Below the pieces are notes generated by a model. The model was not told the origin of the DNA and did no database searches. It saw only the letters and a program-made list of their open reading frames with translations. Shown here one piece after another: positions 59,842-64,000 of a stretch of DNA of 64,000 nucleotides; the first letter of the stretch is position 1; the number at the start of each line of letters is the position of its first letter. Origin of the DNA: Chthoniobacterales bacterium (lineage in GTDB: Bacteria > Verrucomicrobiota > Verrucomicrobiia > Chthoniobacterales > Chthoniobacteraceae); NCBI GenBank assembly GCA_038207335.1, contig JBBQZX010000030.1, positions 1 through 64,000 on the forward strand. The letters are read 5' to 3'. The position numbers were made by a program, and so were the translations under genes.

Positions 59842-61217
59842 GCTTCGATGCCGAGTTGCTTTTGGATATCCTCAAGCGGCACACCCTTCGTTTCCGGCAC
59901 CATCGTTTTCACCCAGACGAGTTGCAGCACCATCATTCCGCAGAAAAAGAGGAAGACGTAACCGGGCGCAAACGCCTCGACCATTTTCGGAAAAAACGTG
60001 GTGAGCAGCGCGGCGAAAATCCAGTGCGTGGCGCTGCCTAGTGACTGCCCGGTGGCGCGATGTTCATTCGGAAAAATCTCGGAAATCAGCACCCAGATAA
60101 CCGCTCCCTGACCGATCGCATGCGCCGCGATAAAGGCGAAAATGCAGGCCGGGACGATCTCGAAATGTTGTGTGAAAAAAGCCCATGCGCAGAGCCCCAG
60201 TGAGGCGATGTAGCCGAACGAACCGATGGTCAGCAGCGTGCGCCGGCCGAGGCGATCGATGAGCCAGAGGCCGGCGAAAGTGAAGATGAGATTCGTGATC
60301 CCGATGCCCACGGATTGCAGCAGCGCGGCCTTCGCGCCTAACCCCGTCATCTCGAAAATGCGCGGCGCAAAGTAGAGGATCGCGTTGATGCCGGACATCT
60401 GGTTAAAGAACGCGACGAGGATGGCGAGCAGGATCGGCACGCGCAGCCGCATCGACCAAAAACCGCGCGCACTTTTTTGCTGCGAGCTTGCCGCGACGAT
60501 TTCGTCCGCTTCCGCTTCGAGGTCCGCGCGACTCGCGCCGGGATCGATTTGCGCGAGCACTTTCAGCCCGCGCTCGCGGTCGTTTTTGCGAGTCAAAAGC
60601 CAGCGCGGACTTTCCGGAATCGCAAGGCACATGAGCGTGTAAATGACCGAGGGAAACGCGGCAACGCCGAGCATCCAGCGCCACGCATTTTCGCCGATGC
60701 CGCTGAGGAGCGCGTTCGAGGCGAAGGCGATGACGATGCCGAAAACGATGTTAAATTGGAACATGCCGGCGAGCCTGCCGCGGTGCGCGGGCGGCGCGAT
60801 TTCCGAAATGTAGAGCGGCGCGGCGACGGTCGAGATGCCGATGCCGATGCCGCCGAGAATGCGCGCGACGATGAACGACGAGACATCCCACGCAAACCCG
60901 CAGCCGACCGCCGAGATGATGTAAAGCACGCCGATGCCGAGCAGCGTGGCCTTGCGCCCTAAGCGGTCCGTCGGCCAGCCGCCGCACATCGAGCCTAGCA
61001 CCGTGCCGTAGAGCGCGGCGGCCATCGCGATGCCGTGCAGCCCGGCGCTCAGATGCCAGAGCGCTTGGATTTTCTGCTCCGCGCCGGAGATGACGACGGT
61101 GTCGAAGCCGAAAAGAAAACCGGCGAGCGCGGAAGTGATCGCCCAGAAAAAGAGCTGGCCGGTCGGTTTGCGCTGCAACTCGCGGAGCGGCGTCGTGTGG
61201 GAGGAGGCGATGTTCAT
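59838..61217 (-). CDS. sugar porter family MFS transporter
   Basis: 'FGFDT', 'DRLGRK', 'PESPRWL', 'PETKG'. Confidence 0.93.
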   Translation of the reverse strand: MNIASSHTTPLRELQRKPTGQLFFWAITSALAGFLFGFDTVVISGAEQKIQALWHLSAGLHGIAMAAALYGTVLGSMCGGWPTDRLGRKATLLGIGVLYIISAVGCGFAWDVSSFIVARILGGIGIGISTVAAPLYISEIAPPAHRGRLAGMFQFNIVFGIVIAFASNALLSGIGENAWRWMLGVAAFPSVIYTLMCLAIPESPRWLLTRKNDRERGLKVLAQIDPGASRADLEAEADEIVAASSQQKSARGFWSMRLRVPILLAILVAFFNQMSGINAILYFAPRIFEMTGLGAKAALLQSVGIGITNLIFTFAGLWLIDRLGRRTLLTIGSFGYIASLGLCAWAFFTQHFEIVPACIFAFIAAHAIGQGAVIWVLISEIFPNEHRATGQSLGSATHWIFAALLTTFFPKMVEAFAPGYVFLFFCGMMVLQLVWVKTMVPETKGVPLEDIQKQLGIEA

Positions 61218-61529
61218 GGGGAGATGGAGTGTGGCAGGGACTGTCGTCAGATCGAGCGCATTGCCGATCTCGCCTCACGAGGCTTCCATCTTTCCGGCAA
61301 AAGCGTGACGACAAAACGGCCCCGGAGGGAGTTATACGGGAAAGGGCGGGCCAAACCCTTTCGCCGAGGAAAACTCAGCGAGGCCGGATTTTCTTCACGA
61401 CGTTGTTGAGCGAACGGGAGTTGGCCAGAAAGGTCGTCGTCGGTCACGATGGTGCGCATGGTGAAATCCAAAACCAACTCGCAACGGAAGCGTCGCTCAC
61501 GCCGACCGTGAGCGACATCGAGCCCCTAG

Positions 61530-61850
61530 CGGGAGCCCCGCACCCATACCTGCGCGCCAGCCACGAGCGCTGGGCCCAAGGCGAGTTCGAGCTTGTGTTT
61601 GATGTTCTCCGGATACGTTCGATCGTCTTGACACTTACGCCGAGGCGCGCCGCGATTTCGCCCGTGGACACGTCCACTCAGATGACCTCGAAGACTTGCA
61701 ATCGCGAGCCGGGCGACGATAGCGGTCCTGACCAAGGTTGGCTCCCCAGCGCGAGCGCTTTGTACATCAGCTTTACCTCGATCGTGCGACTGACGTGCAG
61801 GTCGCCAGCAAAGAACTATCTCCGAAATTGTTCGCGCGGGAGTGTGATCT
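61530..61850 (-). pseudogene. remnant of a NarL/LuxR-type response regulator
   Basis: 'LQVFEVI*...STGEIAARLGVSVKTIE', frameshift, 'YPENIKHKL'. Confidence 0.65.
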
Positions 61851-61918
61851 GTGCGCTCATGCCATGATCGTTGCGCGACTTATAAGCAGAGCGAATTACG
61901 CTCCAAAAACGACATAGA

Positions 61919-62359
61919 ATGAAGATAGCCATCGGTTCAGACCACGCAGGCTTTCGCTACAAAGAAGTGATCAGAATGCACCTGCACTCCCTCGGTCACG
62001 AAGTTCACGATTTTGGCTGCTTCAGCGAGGAAAGCGTCGACTATCCGAAGTTTATTCGTCCCGTGGCGGAAGCGGTAGCGCGCGGTGAATTTCCACGTGG
62101 AATCGTTCTTGGTGGATCGGGAAATGGGGAGGCGATTGTCGCGAACCGAGTCAAAGGTATCCGCTGCGCCCTTTGCTGGGATTTGCGCTCCGCTCGATTC
62201 GGGCGAGAGCACAACGATGCGAATGTGCTTTCCCTAGGACAGCGAATGATCCCGATTGAGGCAGCTCTCGAAATCGTGGAGGTTTGGCTCAATACCTCCT
62301 TTCGAGGTGGGAGGCATTTGGATCGGATTCGTCAGATCGACACGGCGGTGAGCCCATGA
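61919..62359 (+). CDS. rpiB: ribose-5-phosphate isomerase B
   Basis: 'IGSDHAG', 'GGSGNGE', 'HNDANVLSLG', 'GGRH'. Confidence 0.95.
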   Translation: MKIAIGSDHAGFRYKEVIRMHLHSLGHEVHDFGCFSEESVDYPKFIRPVAEAVARGEFPRGIVLGGSGNGEAIVANRVKGIRCALCWDLRSARFGREHNDANVLSLGQRMIPIEAALEIVEVWLNTSFRGGRHLDRIRQIDTAVSP

Positions 62360-63609
62360 CCGGCTTCGTGCGAGCTTTCGCCGTCTTCATCGTTATTTTT
62401 GCGTGGGCGCGAGCAGACGAGGGCGCTCCGTCGGTGGGAGAATCGAGCCATGCAGTCGCCGATCTCAATCAATGGGTCGCGCAGCCGATCGAACTCAGAG
62501 GGAAGATTGGCGAGCAAGGCTTCGCGACAGTCCCACTCACAAAGTCCGACACCGCACACGCGAAGCAAATCCTCTGGGAGGACCACTGTTCTTTCATCCG
62601 AAGAACCCGAGAAGAGGAGATGAAGGCGAAAGTGATCGAAATCGGAAAATTGAGGATGAAATTCGACACCGTAAACTTTGGTTCGAGCGACCAACTTCCG
62701 AGTGGAGGGCGCAGCCTTTTTCTCTCGATGCACGGAGGCGGGAACACAGCTCCAGCCGTGAATGAATCTCAGTGGGTGAATCAAGTTAGGCTGGCGCAGG
62801 CGTATCATCCGAAAGAAGGCATCTATCTGGCTCCTCGTGCGCCAACCGATACATGGAATCTGTGGCACGAAGCCCACATCGACCAATTCTTCGCACGTCT
62901 GATCGAAAACCTCATCGTGCTGGAAAACGTGAACCCTGACCGGGTTTACATCATGGGATATTCAGCAGGCGGCGATGGAGTCTATCAGCTTGCTCCACGA
63001 ATGGCGGATCGATGGGCGGCAGCGGCGATGATGGGAGGCCATCCGAATGAAGCCTCACCGCTGGGCCTCAGAAATATCGGATTCGCTCTTCAGGTTGGCG
63101 CGAATGATGGCGCGTATCACCGAAACGAAATTGCATCCGAGTGGGGCAAGCGACTGGATGACTTGCAAAAATCCGATCCGACCGGTTACGCGCATTTCAC
63201 CGAGTTGCATGAAGGAAAAGGTCATTGGATGGACCTTGATGACAAGAAGGCAATTCCATGGATGGAGAAGTTCACCCGCAGCCCAATCCCGGAAAAGGTC
63301 GTGTGGCACCAAGGCGACGTGACGCACGAAGAGTTTTACTGGCTTGGAGTCCAACAAGCGAAGGTGGATCAGAACATCACCGCGACTCGGAATGCACAGA
63401 GTATGCAATTATGGGCGAAAGACGCGGGAACAGTGGTTGTTCGACTCAACGACGACATGCTCGACTTGGACCAGCCTGTGACCATTGAACGAGACGGTGA
63501 GAAGGTTTGCGATTCAGTCGTGAAGCGGACGATCTCCACTCTCGCGAAGACGCTGCAAACTCGCGGAGACCCCGAGTTAATGTTTTCCGCCGAAGTCACA
63601 ATAAAGTAA
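62356..63609 (+). CDS. secreted alpha/beta hydrolase
   Basis: 'MHGGG', nucleophile 'GYSAGG', 'GANDG', 'GKGHW'. Confidence 0.8.
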   Translation: MTGFVRAFAVFIVIFAWARADEGAPSVGESSHAVADLNQWVAQPIELRGKIGEQGFATVPLTKSDTAHAKQILWEDHCSFIRRTREEEMKAKVIEIGKLRMKFDTVNFGSSDQLPSGGRSLFLSMHGGGNTAPAVNESQWVNQVRLAQAYHPKEGIYLAPRAPTDTWNLWHEAHIDQFFARLIENLIVLENVNPDRVYIMGYSAGGDGVYQLAPRMADRWAAAAMMGGHPNEASPLGLRNIGFALQVGANDGAYHRNEIASEWGKRLDDLQKSDPTGYAHFTELHEGKGHWMDLDDKKAIPWMEKFTRSPIPEKVVWHQGDVTHEEFYWLGVQQAKVDQNITATRNAQSMQLWAKDAGTVVVRLNDDMLDLDQPVTIERDGEKVCDSVVKRTISTLAKTLQTRGDPELMFSAEVTIK

Positions 63610-63641
63610 TCCGCCAATCCACACGAGTATGCGCTACCAAT

Positions 63642-63755
63642 GAAATAGAAGATCTTGTGGAAGGCGAAGATGACGTTTTGTTCTTAGCCAGCGCGGTGGC
63701 CATCGATATCGTGTGCCACGGCGACAAGGAACACTCATGGCTGATCCCAAGGTAA
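63642..63755 (+). pseudogene. possible C-terminal remnant of a LURP-one-like protein
   Basis: 'EGEDDVLFLASAVAIDIVCH'. Confidence 0.35.
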
Positions 63756-63785
63756 GAAAATCCACTACCTTCAATTTTCATCGAC

Positions 63786-64000
63786 TCAGTGCTGACGCAG
63801 AGACCTCTCGCGGCGGCGAATGATCGCTAGCGTCACAATAGCGGCTGCCGCGCAAATCATCGCTCCCACCGCAAGGGTGGCAGGCACTCCGCCAATCTGA
63901 GCCAAGAGGCCTGCCTGAAGGCTTCCCAAGGGCATCATCCCACCAGAGACGAGCGCCCAGAGCCCATGACTCGACCCCGCATTTCCTCCAGCACAGTCGT
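63786..64000 (-). pseudogene. MFS transporter C-terminus (5'-partial, frameshifted)
   Basis: 'EEMRGRVMG', frameshift, 'WALVSGGMMPLGSLQAGLLA'. Confidence 0.7.

Noticed and set aside
1..64000. CRISPR array, rRNA, intact prophage or defence system
   Set aside because: No regularly spaced direct repeats, rRNA-like sequence or recognisable cas, phage structural or defence gene clusters were seen.

Overview
GC-rich bacterial DNA whose gene content suggests Verrucomicrobiota (Chthoniobacterales-like; inferred from DUF1592/DUF1552, DUF5069, CotH and the integrase type). The left part (1-25.5 kb) holds secreted proteins (beta-helix protein, C25 peptidase), a kaiC-kaiB-kaiB-hybrid kinase operon with a frameshift in kaiC, two stress-protein genes, housekeeping genes (glmS, glgC, purN, an RfaE-like adenylyltransferase), a CotH kinase, an EEP-family enzyme and a large surface protein. 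A tRNA-Asn(GTT) gene at 25511-25585 is followed by a mosaic accessory region. It contains integrase, IS30 and IS110 remnants and several intact modules: ECF sigma/anti-sigma/Spy-like; TetR-SDR-nemA-DUF5069-LLM; DUF1592-DUF1552 plus two unknown partners; nirK(cyt c)-FGE/NirV-SCO-NnrS (nirK frameshifted); MarR/ClC-CBS/YkgJ/YncE; fructan use (sugar porter, PfkB kinase, GH32); rpiB plus a hydrolase. No CRISPR array or rRNA was seen. All calls come from motif recognition by eye; no database search was run.
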